DNA from: Eledone cirrhosa
Lineage: Eukaryota
Assembly: GCA_964016885.1 (NCBI GenBank)
Contig: OZ024743.1
Span: forward strand, 203,856,001 to 203,920,000
Length of the DNA: 64,000 bases
Reading direction: 5' to 3'
Each line of letters begins with the position of its first letter. Within the stretch, counting starts at the first letter, position 1. This document shows, in pieces, positions 25,236 through 36,650 of the stretch. The notes below the pieces were generated by a model. The model did no database searches. It saw only the letters and a program-made list of their open reading frames with translations, and was not told the DNA's origin. Both the position numbers and the translations under genes were made by a program.

Positions 25236-28211
25236 TTAGGTAAGGCGGGTCTTCTCTGTTACTGAGTACCGCCAAAGGTCTCGGTCCAGTGACATTGTCT
25301 TGGAGAGGTGTAAGTGTGTGATGTCGGAGTTTATCAGCTCGTCCCAGGTTTTTCTAGGTCTGCCTATTCCGTGACTACCGTCTATCTTTATTGCCCTGCA
25401 CTTTGTTATACAGCTATCGACTTTCATGCGCATCACGTGTCCATACCAACGTAGCCTTCTCTCGAGTAAACAACATCTGATCCCTCTTATCTCTAATTTT
25501 TTCCTTAGTTCGTTTATGCTTTGCCGTTCACGTATATTACTATTACACATCCAGCGGAGCATGCAAGCTTCGTTCCTCTCTAGTCTGCGTATATCCTCTG
25601 CACACAATGCCCAGGTCTCACTGCCATGCAACATTGCTGTTCGTATACAGGCATCGTACAACCTGCCTTTCATTTTTAGGGAGAACCCTTTAGCAGCTAA
25701 TAATGGTATAAGCTCTCTGAACTTTTTCCAACCTGTTCTGACTCTAGCTACAGTACTTTCAGAGCACCCTCCCCCACTGCTGATTTTATCGCCCAGGTAA
25801 CGGAAGCTGTCTACTATTTCTATAGAACCCTCTGCGCAATTGAAAGAGCTAGTATTTTGTGGGCACTTGCTGCTACTTATTGCACCAGAACACCGGCCAC
25901 ATGTAAAATCTATGTTCTTAGTTAGCTTACCTGTGATCTCACTACATCTTTTATGCACCCATACTTTGCATTTAGGACATAAAATGGAGTTTCTACCTAC
26001 GCCTTTCCTACACACCGAGCACGACCATTTCCCAGAAGGGACCGCCGCCTTGTTTTCTTTCCTACAAACTAGAACTTTGGTCTTAGCCAGGTTAATTTTA
26101 AGTCCTTTTGACTCTAGGCCGTGCTTCCATGTTTGGAATTTCTTCTCTAGCTCGGCCATTGATTCCGCTATGAGTGTCAGGTCGTCTGCGTATAGGAGTT
26201 CCCATGGGCAGCCTGTCTTGAACTCCTCTGTTATAGCCTGAAGGGCAATAATAAATAGTAGGGGACTGAGAACAGAGCCCTGATGGACGCCAACTTTTAC
26301 GCTAAACTCTTCACTATATTCGTTGTTAATTCTAACCTTGCTGACTGTTTCTTTATACATGGCTTGTATAGCCCTCACAAGCCATTCGTCAACGCCTAGT
26401 TTTCTAAGAGCCCACCAGATAATGGAGCGGGGGACTCTGTCGAAGGCTTTCTCCAAGTCGACAAAAGCTAAGTAGAGGGGTTTACCTTTAGCTAGGAACT
26501 TCTCCTGTAGTTGTCGTACTATGAAAAGAGCGTCTGTGGTACTTTTGCCTGACACAAACCCGAACTGCATTTCATCTAGGTCAATTCTCTCTCTGATTAG
26601 TTGCGCTATTACTTTTTCCGTGACCTTCATGACCTGGTCGATTAATTTAATGCCTCTATAGTTACTCCTATCTAGGGCGTCTCCTTTACCCTTATAACAG
26701 TTAACGATGATGCTGCTATGCCAGTCCTTCGGAACAACCCCATTCTGTACGACTTGGTTAACTATGCGAGTGACCATGGCGTGTCCCACCGTGCCAGATG
26801 CCTTCAGCATCTCAGCAACTATTTCCGAAGGCCCAGCCGCCTTACCCGTCTTCATATCCTTGATTGCCTTACTTATTATACTCCCCTCGACTAACACTGC
26901 TGGTCCCTCTATTGGGTCGATATGGGGGAGACTGTCTTTCTCCCATTTATTCTCCTCATTTAGTAGCCTTTCATAGTGACACTTCCAAGCTACCTTCTTA
27001 TCAGTGTCGGTGATGGCAAGTATGCCATCATCGTTAAGTACACACTTCTCCCCGACAATATCACGGTTTTCCTTGACGCATTGCCTAGCAATCCTGAATA
27101 CCTCACGTTTTTGGTCATCGCGTTGTAGAACATGCTTGAACTTTCTTTCCTCAGCTTCCCTTCTTGCTAAGTACACTTCTCTCCTAGCTTCCCTCCTGGC
27201 CACTTGATAGTCTACTCTACTTCCCCCATCCCGCCATACTTTCCAAGCCTGCTTTTTGGCCTTAATTGACCCCTCCACCTTACTGTTCCACCACCATGTT
27301 ACTCTCCTCCTGCCTACAGGCCTGCTCCAGCCACAGACTTCGTCTGTCGCCAACAGCAGGTTTGCTTTCAGAAATTCCCACTGTCCCTCTATATTGTCCG
27401 ACTCTAAATGTTCTTCCTTACTGTCGAAAGCATCAAGTAATATGTTTTGAAATTTATTTTTGGCTGTGGGGTCCTTTAGCTTCCATATTTTTCTCCTGAG
27501 GATAGTCCTCTTCTGCTGTCGAGTACGTCTCGTCCTGACTATGAGGTCGCTAATTATCAGTCTATGTTGGGAGGTGCATTCTTCATAGGGGAGGGATTTA
27601 GTGTTTACAACAGACACTCTGTCACGTCTTCTGGTAAGGATATAATCTACCTGGCTTGTGTGTTCCCCGGATCTATAGGTGATCAGGTGATTGTCACGTT
27701 TTTTGAAGTTAGTGTTACAGATAGTTAGGTTATTTGCATCACAGAATTCCAGGATTCTGGAGCCTTCCTCATTTCTAGTACCAAACCCATAGCCTCCATG
27801 GATTTCGTCGTAGCCGTCACAATGTTGTCCAACGTGACCATTTAGGTCGCCTGCAATAATTATATAGTCACTGTCAGATATTTGGGAGGTAGTTAGCAAC
27901 AGTGTCTCATAGAATCTGTCTTTTATAGTGCCGGGCAGTCCAGATTGGGGTGCGTACGCAGATATTACTGTCACCGTAGTTCTATTGAGGACAAGTCGTA
28001 TTTTAATTATTCTGTCGTTCACTCTATTTACGTCTATTATCTTATCTGCCCACTTTTCTGCTACCATGATTCCTACTCCACCCAGCCCATCGTCGTTTCC
28101 CACCCAGAAAAGCTTATAACATCGTTTTTTACCCTCAATGAATCTAGCAGACCCACCCCTCCACCTGGTCTCTTGAATACAACAAACATCGACCTCCTTA
28201 CGTTCAAGCAT
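25236..28211 (-). CDS. RTE LINE ORF: APE endonuclease + reverse transcriptase with inserted PHD-type zinc finger
   Basis: 991 aa open; CIQETRW, SAYAPQ, GDLNGHVG, QVDYIL, SQHR; FVDLEKAFDRV, QGSVLSP, YADD, FRYLG; C4HC3 cluster. Confidence 0.95.
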   Translation of the reverse strand: MLERKEVDVCCIQETRWRGGSARFIEGKKRCYKLFWVGNDDGLGGVGIMVAEKWADKIIDVNRVNDRIIKIRLVLNRTTVTVISAYAPQSGLPGTIKDRFYETLLLTTSQISDSDYIIIAGDLNGHVGQHCDGYDEIHGGYGFGTRNEEGSRILEFCDANNLTICNTNFKKRDNHLITYRSGEHTSQVDYILTRRRDRVSVVNTKSLPYEECTSQHRLIISDLIVRTRRTRQQKRTILRRKIWKLKDPTAKNKFQNILLDAFDSKEEHLESDNIEGQWEFLKANLLLATDEVCGWSRPVGRRRVTWWWNSKVEGSIKAKKQAWKVWRDGGSRVDYQVARREARREVYLARREAEERKFKHVLQRDDQKREVFRIARQCVKENRDIVGEKCVLNDDGILAITDTDKKVAWKCHYERLLNEENKWEKDSLPHIDPIEGPAVLVEGSIISKAIKDMKTGKAAGPSEIVAEMLKASGTVGHAMVTRIVNQVVQNGVVPKDWHSSIIVNCYKGKGDALDRSNYRGIKLIDQVMKVTEKVIAQLIRERIDLDEMQFGFVSGKSTTDALFIVRQLQEKFLAKGKPLYLAFVDLEKAFDRVPRSIIWWALRKLGVDEWLVRAIQAMYKETVSKVRINNEYSEEFSVKVGVHQGSVLSPLLFIIALQAITEEFKTGCPWELLYADDLTLIAESMAELEKKFQTWKHGLESKGLKINLAKTKVLVCRKENKAAVPSGKWSCSVCRKGVGRNSILCPKCKVWVHKRCSEITGKLTKNIDFTCGRCSGAISSSKCPQNTSSFNCAEGSIEIVDSFRYLGDKISSGGGCSESTVARVRTGWKKFRELIPLLAAKGFSLKMKGRLYDACIRTAMLHGSETWALCAEDIRRLERNEACMLRWMCNSNIRERQSINELRKKLEIRGIRCCLLERRLRWYGHVMRMKVDSCITKCRAIKIDGSHGIGRPRKTWDELINSDITHLHLSKTMSLDRDLWRYSVTEKTRLT

Positions 28212-28701
28212 TTCTACAACCTCGTTAGCGCGACCCTTTAGGGTGCCTACATTTATGGTACCAACTCTGAAGTTTTAGATTGCGTTTGGAGGGTGGGGGT
28301 GGTGGGGGCGGGGGGAGATGGGGTTATGTTAGCCATCCGCGGGCGAAACAAAGAGGAGTGCTCGCATTCTCGTCCACGAGGTGAATTTGACTTTAACTTT
28401 GGCATTTTCGCTCTGAGCATCCAGATTTTTCTCTCCCTTCCACTCTCCAGGATTCCGCAGTCCGTCCATCCATCCATCCATCCATCATATATCGAAGGCA
28501 ACCGTGCAAGCGATAGTATAGACCTCTGCCTTATGATTGGTCCGCGTAATAATAATAATGGTGATGCGTGTGGGGGGGGGGGTCTCTGGCTTATAATAAT
28601 AATAATGGTGATGCGTGTGGGGGGGGGTCTCTGGCTTATGATTGGTCCACGTATTTAGAATGGTGGTGTGTGTGGGGGCGGGTGGGAGGGGTGTGGGGTA
28701 G

Positions 28702-29413
28702 CTAGCTGGAAGGTTATGAATGTTTAACAAGCGATTAACAAAAAGCAAAACTGCAAGATTTGTTCTGTTCAATACGACAAAAACACCGTATTTAAACCTT
28801 AATAAATAACAAAAAATACAGATTTCGGATTTTGCGAGATTGGATGTTTGGACTATGTACGAAATTGTGGCGTGGAGTAGATAGGAAAAACGTGAACGTT
28901 ACGATTACATGGGTACACCGTAGTAGGAATAGTTGAAGCAGCAATTGTTTGGCGAAAGTGAATAAACATGAACGGGAATTTATCTTATATATATATATAT
29001 ATGTATGTGTGTGTAGCTAAGAGAGAGAGAGAGGGGAAGGGGAAGAGAGAGAGAGTGGGAAGGGGGAGAGAGAGAGAGAGTGGCTGACCGCAACCCCTCG
29101 TGAAGGAGATGGTGGGTGAAGGGTGTATGAGCGGGATTTTTGACTTTCGAGGTAGCATAATATATATATTTAAAGGAATTTATAAGAAGTAGAATGGGAA
29201 GGATTTTGTTTTTTGTTTGAGAATACGATAGAATTAAGGAATTGGAGGATAATATATATATTTAAAGGAATTTAGCTGGAAGGTTATGAATGTTTAACAA
29301 GCGATTAACAAAAGGCAAAACTGCAAGATTTGTTCTGTTCAATACGACAAAAACACCGTATTTAAACCTTAATAAATAACAAAAAATACAGATTTCGGAT
29401 TTTGCGAGATTGG

Positions 29414-29415
<2 letters not shown>
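28702..29415. repeat. ~143-bp direct repeat (28702-28845 and 29273-29415) at the 5' end of the RTE
   Basis: TAGCTGGAAGGTTATGAATG...TTTGCGAGATTGGAT occurs twice, nearly identical. Confidence 0.88.
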
Positions 29416-29452
<37 letters not shown>

Positions 29453-29886
29453 CATATACACATATATATAGATATATATTCCTTAATGGTTCAAGTTATC
29501 CCTGGAAAGTCAGAAACTTGAACAATTAAGGTATATTATCCTTGGTTATGTCAAATATTTGTAAAACATTTTGTATTTTATCTGATAAAAGCGTACCAAA
29601 ATATATATAATAGAATAAATATGGTTTTATAAATATAGTTTCCATTTATTTAATATCAATGTATATTATACTCCATAAAATTCTATTGAGTGCTCTAAAT
29701 CAGTTATAAACATTTATATTTGTTGAATTACCAACAAATTGAATATCCCTTCTGCTTATATTTATATATATATATATTTATATATATATATTTATATAAG
29801 AGTACAGAATTAGCCGTCGAAACGGCTTGAGCTCAGCCGTCGGGGTCTTACTTACTCCTATTTATATATATATATATTTATATATA

Positions 29887-30163
<277 letters not shown>

Positions 30164-30569
30164 TTATATATATATATTTATATATATATATTTATATATT
30201 TATATATATATTGTTTTGTTATACTTGGGGAGGGTCATATTTGTGTAATAATATTGCCAGAATTAATAACAGAACACACTCACTGTTTGGTTGGTTTTCG
30301 CTTCTGTGTCTTTTTTATCGGTTAATTTTTATTTATTCGGTCCTCAATGTTACCATATATATATTTATATATTTATATATATATATTTATAAATTAGAAT
30401 TGGTGCTCTGTCAGCTTTATCTCCCCTGTTTGCTGAAAATTAATGTAAGTGAGAATGTCACTACTCTAAAACAATAGCGTAAGGTCTTCGAAATGATTTT
30501 AATTAAGCATAGAGTGTATTGCAAAATACACTATGTATAGATTCATATATATTTATGCATATATATATT

Positions 30570-30621
<52 letters not shown>

Positions 30622-30625
30622 TTTG

Positions 30626-30718
<93 letters not shown>

Positions 30719-30774
30719 GAAAAGAGTCAGGCCCCCAACGGCTGAGCTTCGGACATTTCAACAGCTTGATGCAT

Positions 30775-31322
30775 ATCACCATCACCATCATCATCATGGG
30801 TTTGACAAGTAATCCTGTTGTGAGCAATGCTCGATCAGGTGACCATGTCTTGTTCATACAGAACCCGTTTTTGTCTGGTTTCTACAGCTGGATGCCCTTC
30901 CTCGTGCCAATCTCATTTACAGTGACTACTGGGTGCTTTTAGTCATGACACCTACACAACTACTTTACAATTTAGGCTGGGCACTTTTTGTCATGTTGCC
31001 ATCATGACCACTTTACAGTGTGGGCTGGAGGTTTCACTGGATGTATAGATGGGAGCGTGTGAGGTGGAGTTGTGCATGCTATTTATATGCTTCAGTCTCG
31101 CCCTGTGCATGTGGGAAGTCGGGTCTTCTGTATTATTTTGTAACGCCAGAGACTCGGTCCTGTGTCATCACCTTTGAGAGGTGCAATTGTGCATGGTCTC
31201 GCCACTCCACAGCTTCCATTGATTTTGAGCGCTCTGCACCATTTTATACAGCTGCTATCATTCATAAACATCACATGCACATCTCTTCTGCACACTGCAT
31301 CTGATTCCTCTTTTTCCTAGTT

Positions 31323-31330
<8 letters not shown>
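30775..31330 (-). mobile_element. Old RTE 3' fragment
   Basis: DSSCIKWCRALKINGS...WRYKIIQKTRL remnant, RTE 3' UTR and (CAT)n tail. Confidence 0.8.
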
Positions 31331-31395
<65 letters not shown>

Positions 31396-31571
31396 AGGTT
31401 CATTGATTAATCAATGAATATAGTTTTACAATAGATTAGAAGCACTCAACAGCCAGTTTTCTGGAGTTATTAATATTAATTCAAAATATTAATAATATTG
31501 ACTGCCAAGACTGGAATTGAACCATCAGGACAATTGAGGTATGTCATACATCAATTTATATATATTGTATA

Positions 31572-31637
31572 TATTTTATCTGATGAGGACGTACTGAAAA
31601 AACAGCACAGTACCTCAGAAATATATATAATAAAATA
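31572..31637 (+). ncRNA. Type I hammerhead ribozyme (family of 3140-3205)
   Basis: TATTTTAT-CTGATGA-GGACGTACTG..CAGTACCTCA-GAAA-T-ATAT-ATA/ATAAAATA; mismatch at the base of stem II. Confidence 0.7.
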
Positions 31638-31987
31638 TATTTTGATTACGTTGAATGTCTATATTTATTAATATTTTGAATTAATATATATATATATATA
31701 TGTGTGTATATATATATTTTTATATATATATGAGAGAGAAACTAGGAATAAGAGGAATCAGATGCATATATATATGTGTGTATATATATATATGTATATG
31801 TATATACAATGATATTAAATAAATGGAAACTGTATTTATAAAACCATATTTATATAATTTCCATTTATTTAATATCATTGAATATTTATTCCAGTAAACT
31901 GTTGAGTGCTCTAAATTAGTTATAAACATTTATATTTGTCGGACTTCCAACAAATTAAATACCCTTCTACTTATATATGTATATATA

Positions 31988-32104
<117 letters not shown>

Positions 32105-32326
32105 GTATATATATATGTATATATATATGTATATGTATGTATATATATATATATATATGTATGTATATATATGTATATGTATATATATATGTGTATATAT
32201 ATATATATAATGTATATATATATATATATGTGTGTGTGTATATATATATATATGTGTGTATATATATATATGTGTGTGTGTATATATATATATATATGTG
32301 TGTATATATATATATATATGTGTGTG

Positions 32327-32357
<31 letters not shown>

Positions 32358-32384
32358 GTATATATATATATGTGTGTATATATA

Positions 32385-32419
<35 letters not shown>

Positions 32420-32464
32420 GATAAAGAACACAAGAGCGTCTACGACATCAAAAGATTTTTATTG

Positions 32465-32509
32465 GCTTACAATGTTTCTTCCTTACCTAACCGTAGGATT
32501 CGTCAGAGC
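32465..32509 (-). ncRNA. Degenerate type I hammerhead
   Basis: GCT-CTGACGA-ATCCT..AGGAA-GAAAC-ATT-GTA/AGC. Confidence 0.5.
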
Positions 32510-32844
32510 TATAAAAGGGCTTTGATTGGTGTTATGGACTCTACCAACCAAACATTCAAGAACAAAGAGTAAAGAGAGTAAAGAGCAAAAGTAGTGACGA
32601 TAAGTCTAATTTTGCTGCAGGAGGGTGGGGTGTGGGTCCTTGTTTACTAGCTGCGGTCATATTCATTCCCGGGAGTCGAGTGGTTAGCTGAACCATAGAT
32701 GGGGTGGCGTCGATAGTAGGGTGCAGAGGGTGTGCAGAGGCTACACAAACACAAAGGGCGTACAATATATATATATATATAACGGAGGAGAAAGTACATG
32801 AGGTAATTAGAAATGGAAAAAGAGTAATAATAATAATCTATAAT

Positions 32845-32932
32845 CAATTGTTTCTACTTTAGGCACAAGGCCAGCAATTACCCAGTGCATTACTGGTACT
32901 TTATTTTATCGACCCCGTAAGGATGAAAGGCG
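32845..32932 (-). mobile_element. SINE family B 3' fragment
   Basis: GGCACAAGGCCAGCAATTACCCAGT...CGACCCCGTAAGGATGAAAGGC. Confidence 0.8.
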
Positions 32933-34727
32933 AAGTAAGGCATGGGGAAGATTACACTATAATAAGGTATAAAAGTAAGAATAAGGTGAAATATAAAGGA
33001 GGATAAAAGTGAAAATAAGAATAAAGATAAAAAATATATATATAAAAAAAATGTATAGAGAATATATAAAGAAATATAAGCAAGTATTTGAAGGGGAAAA
33101 CACAATGTAAAACCGATTTTTTCAAATAAAAATATTATAATTATGGGGGGAGAAAACGGGATAGAGAAATATGATCAAATGTGATTAGTTGAGAGAATAT
33201 AAGATGATAATAGTTATGTCAAGTTTATACATCTTAATAATAAATAATCTGTATATCAGAGTTACAGAACCTTCAATTCACTTACAGGTTCAAGCCACGT
33301 GGCATAGACCATTGTTTATCTGTGCGGTCATGTGCGTTTGTTTTTGACACCACAGCAGATGCACAAGTTCATAAATTCCAATGCAGATAGAAATCTATTT
33401 TTGCTCACCCAGACATTGACGGAGGATCCAATATTCCTACTTCAATATGTGTGTGGTGTTATTTTGGTCGCACAAATCAATCACTTGGTTCAATATTATG
33501 GAGTATGGTTTTCTGGTCTTCGTAACAGTGTCAGTGGTTGTATATCTCGAAATCACAAGGATCACAGTACTCCGGTTTGGTGTGATTATCGGTCATCCAA
33601 CTATGGTGTCGGTGGTTGGATTCAATTCTATTGCCCCAAACGTAGAACTTTGGTGTCGATAGAACATTAACGAGGCAGAGTGAGATCGCATCTGTGGTAC
33701 AAAACGGTACGCAAGGAAATTCTTCGTCTTCGTTTCATCCGGGTCCAGCAGTCACGTGCAAGAACCGCTACGTAGTAATTGTGGGGTTAATCGGTCAAGA
33801 TAGTAACTGACCGAAAATTCTCTTAGGAATTCAGACAGGCATGACAGGTACATTTAGGTCAGCAGTTTCTTTATGTGTACGTGTGTCCGATACACACAGA
33901 CACATATTTATATGTATTTCAACTCAAAAAATTCAATTGATTCGCCTATTGATATTATATCTGTGTTGCTCCGATGTGCATGTTGTGGTGTTCTGGTCGT
34001 GTATAGCATTCACTGTGTTTTTCCATTACCTTGGAATGTGATGTTATGGTCATCAATAGTCCGGCAAGCGCATTCCTCTCTTATATTGCGGAGAATGGTG
34101 TTCTGGTCCTCAGTAAACATTTGGGTCAGCAGGAGGGGTGGTGGTTCTCAGTTTCAACTTCGACAATACATATGTGTTACTCTACATATCGTGCTCCTCT
34201 CAAAGAAGAGTATTATAGGAAGAATTCATGCCAAACCCCACATATTGAGAAAATTTCTACAGAAAAAATATACATACATATACACATATATACACACATC
34301 ATACACACACACATACACATACACACACATACGCATACATACATATATACACATACATATCACATATACACATACACACAATATAATACACATGCATACA
34401 ATATACATATATATATATATATATACAATATACATGTATACAATGCACGCACACATGCATGCATGCATGCATGCACACACGTACGCACACACATATACAT
34501 ATGTCTGTGTGTGTGTGTGTGAGAAAGAAAAGGAGAATACACACACACACACGCACACATACACACATATACACACACAAGCAAAAACACCAACCTTGTA
34601 GGGGACTGTTCCACCCTTAGGGTACCTATCTATCTGGGTTACGGTTGGGGAGGGAGCTATAGTCTAGGTGGGGGTTGCGTGATATATGTTACGTCTATGT
34701 GCTAAGTTTGAAATATATATGTGTATA

Positions 34728-34836
<109 letters not shown>

Positions 34837-34885
34837 ATATATATATATGTGTATATATATATATATATGTATATATATAGGTATA

Positions 34886-34924
<39 letters not shown>

Positions 34925-35015
34925 ATATATATATATGTGTATATATATATATATATGTATATATATAGGTATATATATGTGTATATATATATATATAAAT
35001 ATATATATGTGTATA

Positions 35016-35075
<60 letters not shown>

Positions 35076-35162
35076 ATAAGAAGATCCTGTTAAGGGTGAT
35101 AGCAGCGATTCTTTCCTTAAACTTTAATCTGCTATTTTAATAAATATCTATATCTATCTATC

Positions 35163-35538
35163 TCAGGCGGGTAAAATTCCCGAGATCCATGGACGAGTTC
35201 TCTCCAGCGGTCTCTGTCCCTCATTATCGCTGCCATGTCCTGCGTCTCCAACAGACCAGTGTCTGTCCTTAGGGCATCAACATACGTTAACCTTGGTCTT
35301 CCTCTTCTAGTGTGTCCATGTAGGGTCTCCCACAGGAGCACCGAGTGCAATGTCAACTCTGGATGTCGGTGTGGAAGTCGAACCTTCGTGAAGACCTGAA
35401 AATCCGCCTTTTCGTTGCTGTAGTGGAGTCTGTGCTGCTGTACGGGTCTGAGACTTGGACACTGACCAAGAAACTCACTCAGATGGTGGATGGGTGCTAC
35501 ACGAGAATGCTGAGGATGGCTCTGAACATTAATCAGTA
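35163..35538 (-). mobile_element. RTE-like LINE family 2, 3' fragment with 5' inversion
   Basis: Minus: [26 protein letters not shown]; plus 35367-35538: [23 protein letters not shown]. Confidence 0.85.
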
Positions 35539-35563
35539 AATATATATATATATGTATATATGT

Positions 35564-35648
<85 letters not shown>

Positions 35649-35658
35649 TATATATATG

Positions 35659-35691
<33 letters not shown>

Positions 35692-35725
35692 GTATTTCAT
35701 TTCTCACTCTTAGTACAGCACTTAC

Positions 35726-36012
35726 TTAAATGTAAGTATGTATGTATACGTACATACATATATGTATACAGACGTACAGTAGCATGTATATATATACATA
35801 CAGGCACACATATATATATGCACGTATCAGTTTACCGAACATTTATTATAATGCTCGGTTTGTTGTTTACAAACGAACAAACCGAGCATTATAATAAATG
35901 TTCGGTAAACTGATACGTGCATATATATATGTGTGCCTGTATGTATATATATACATGCTACTGTACGTCTGTATACATATATGTATGTACGTATACATAC
36001 ATACTTACATTT
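35726..36012. repeat. Fold-back with ~138-bp arms (family also at ~3310-3430, 41187-41410, 45660-45980)
   Basis: Near-perfect inverted arms around GTTTACAAAC. Confidence 0.85.
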
Positions 36013-36015
36013 ATT

Positions 36016-36046
<31 letters not shown>

Positions 36047-36054
36047 GTATATAT

Positions 36055-36358
36055 CTGTCCTTGAGCAAGACACTTTATTTCACGTTGTTCCTTCTACCTG
36101 GAGTTCCGACCGATAGATAGTATTAGCAATTGGAAAGACCAACGGAAACATTGTTCCCTCGGTCCGATTTGACGAAAGTCGATCGTTCCTTTATATATAT
36201 ATATGTATATAATACTATCTATCGGTCGCAACTCCAGGTAGAAGGAACAACGTGAAATAAAGTGTCTTGCTCAAGGACATAACGCATCACCTGGTCCAGG
36301 AATTGAACTCACAACCTTACGATTCCAATTCTCTAACCACTCAGCCACACGCCTTCAC

Positions 36359-36395
<37 letters not shown>

Positions 36396-36616
36396 TTGGA
36401 TCGATCGACTTTCGTCAAATCGGACCTAGGAAACAATGTTTCCGTTGGTCTTTCCAATTGCTATTACTATCTATCGGTCGCAATTCCAGGTAGATGGAGC
36501 AACGTGAAATAAAGTGTCTTGCTCAAGGACATAACGCATCGCCCGATCCAGGAATCGAACCCACAACCTCAAGATTGTGAATCCAATTCTCTAACCACTC
36601 AGACACACGCCTTCAC
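36055..36616. mobile_element. Cluster of three SINE family A copies (36055-36192 +, 36212-36355 -, 36400-36616 -)
   Basis: Homologous to 1441-1660. Confidence 0.8.
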
Positions 36617-36650
36617 TATACATATATATATATAAGTATATATATATACA

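Larger units (their letters stand above)
24846..29415 (-). mobile_element. Near full-length RTE-clade LINE
   Basis: Single long APE+RT ORF, 3' UTR ending in (GAT)n then (TA)n; putative 5' UTR with internal repeats; 5' limit approximate. Confidence 0.93.

Noticed and set aside
25426-27499. Antisense ORFs over the RTE and Tx1 coding regions
   Set aside because: Shadow ORFs of real reading frames on the opposite strand
33130-34260. Non-repetitive-looking segment with ORFs of 112-242 aa
   Set aside because: No recognisable motif or splice structure; the longer ORFs are inflated by (CA)n/(TA)n tracts
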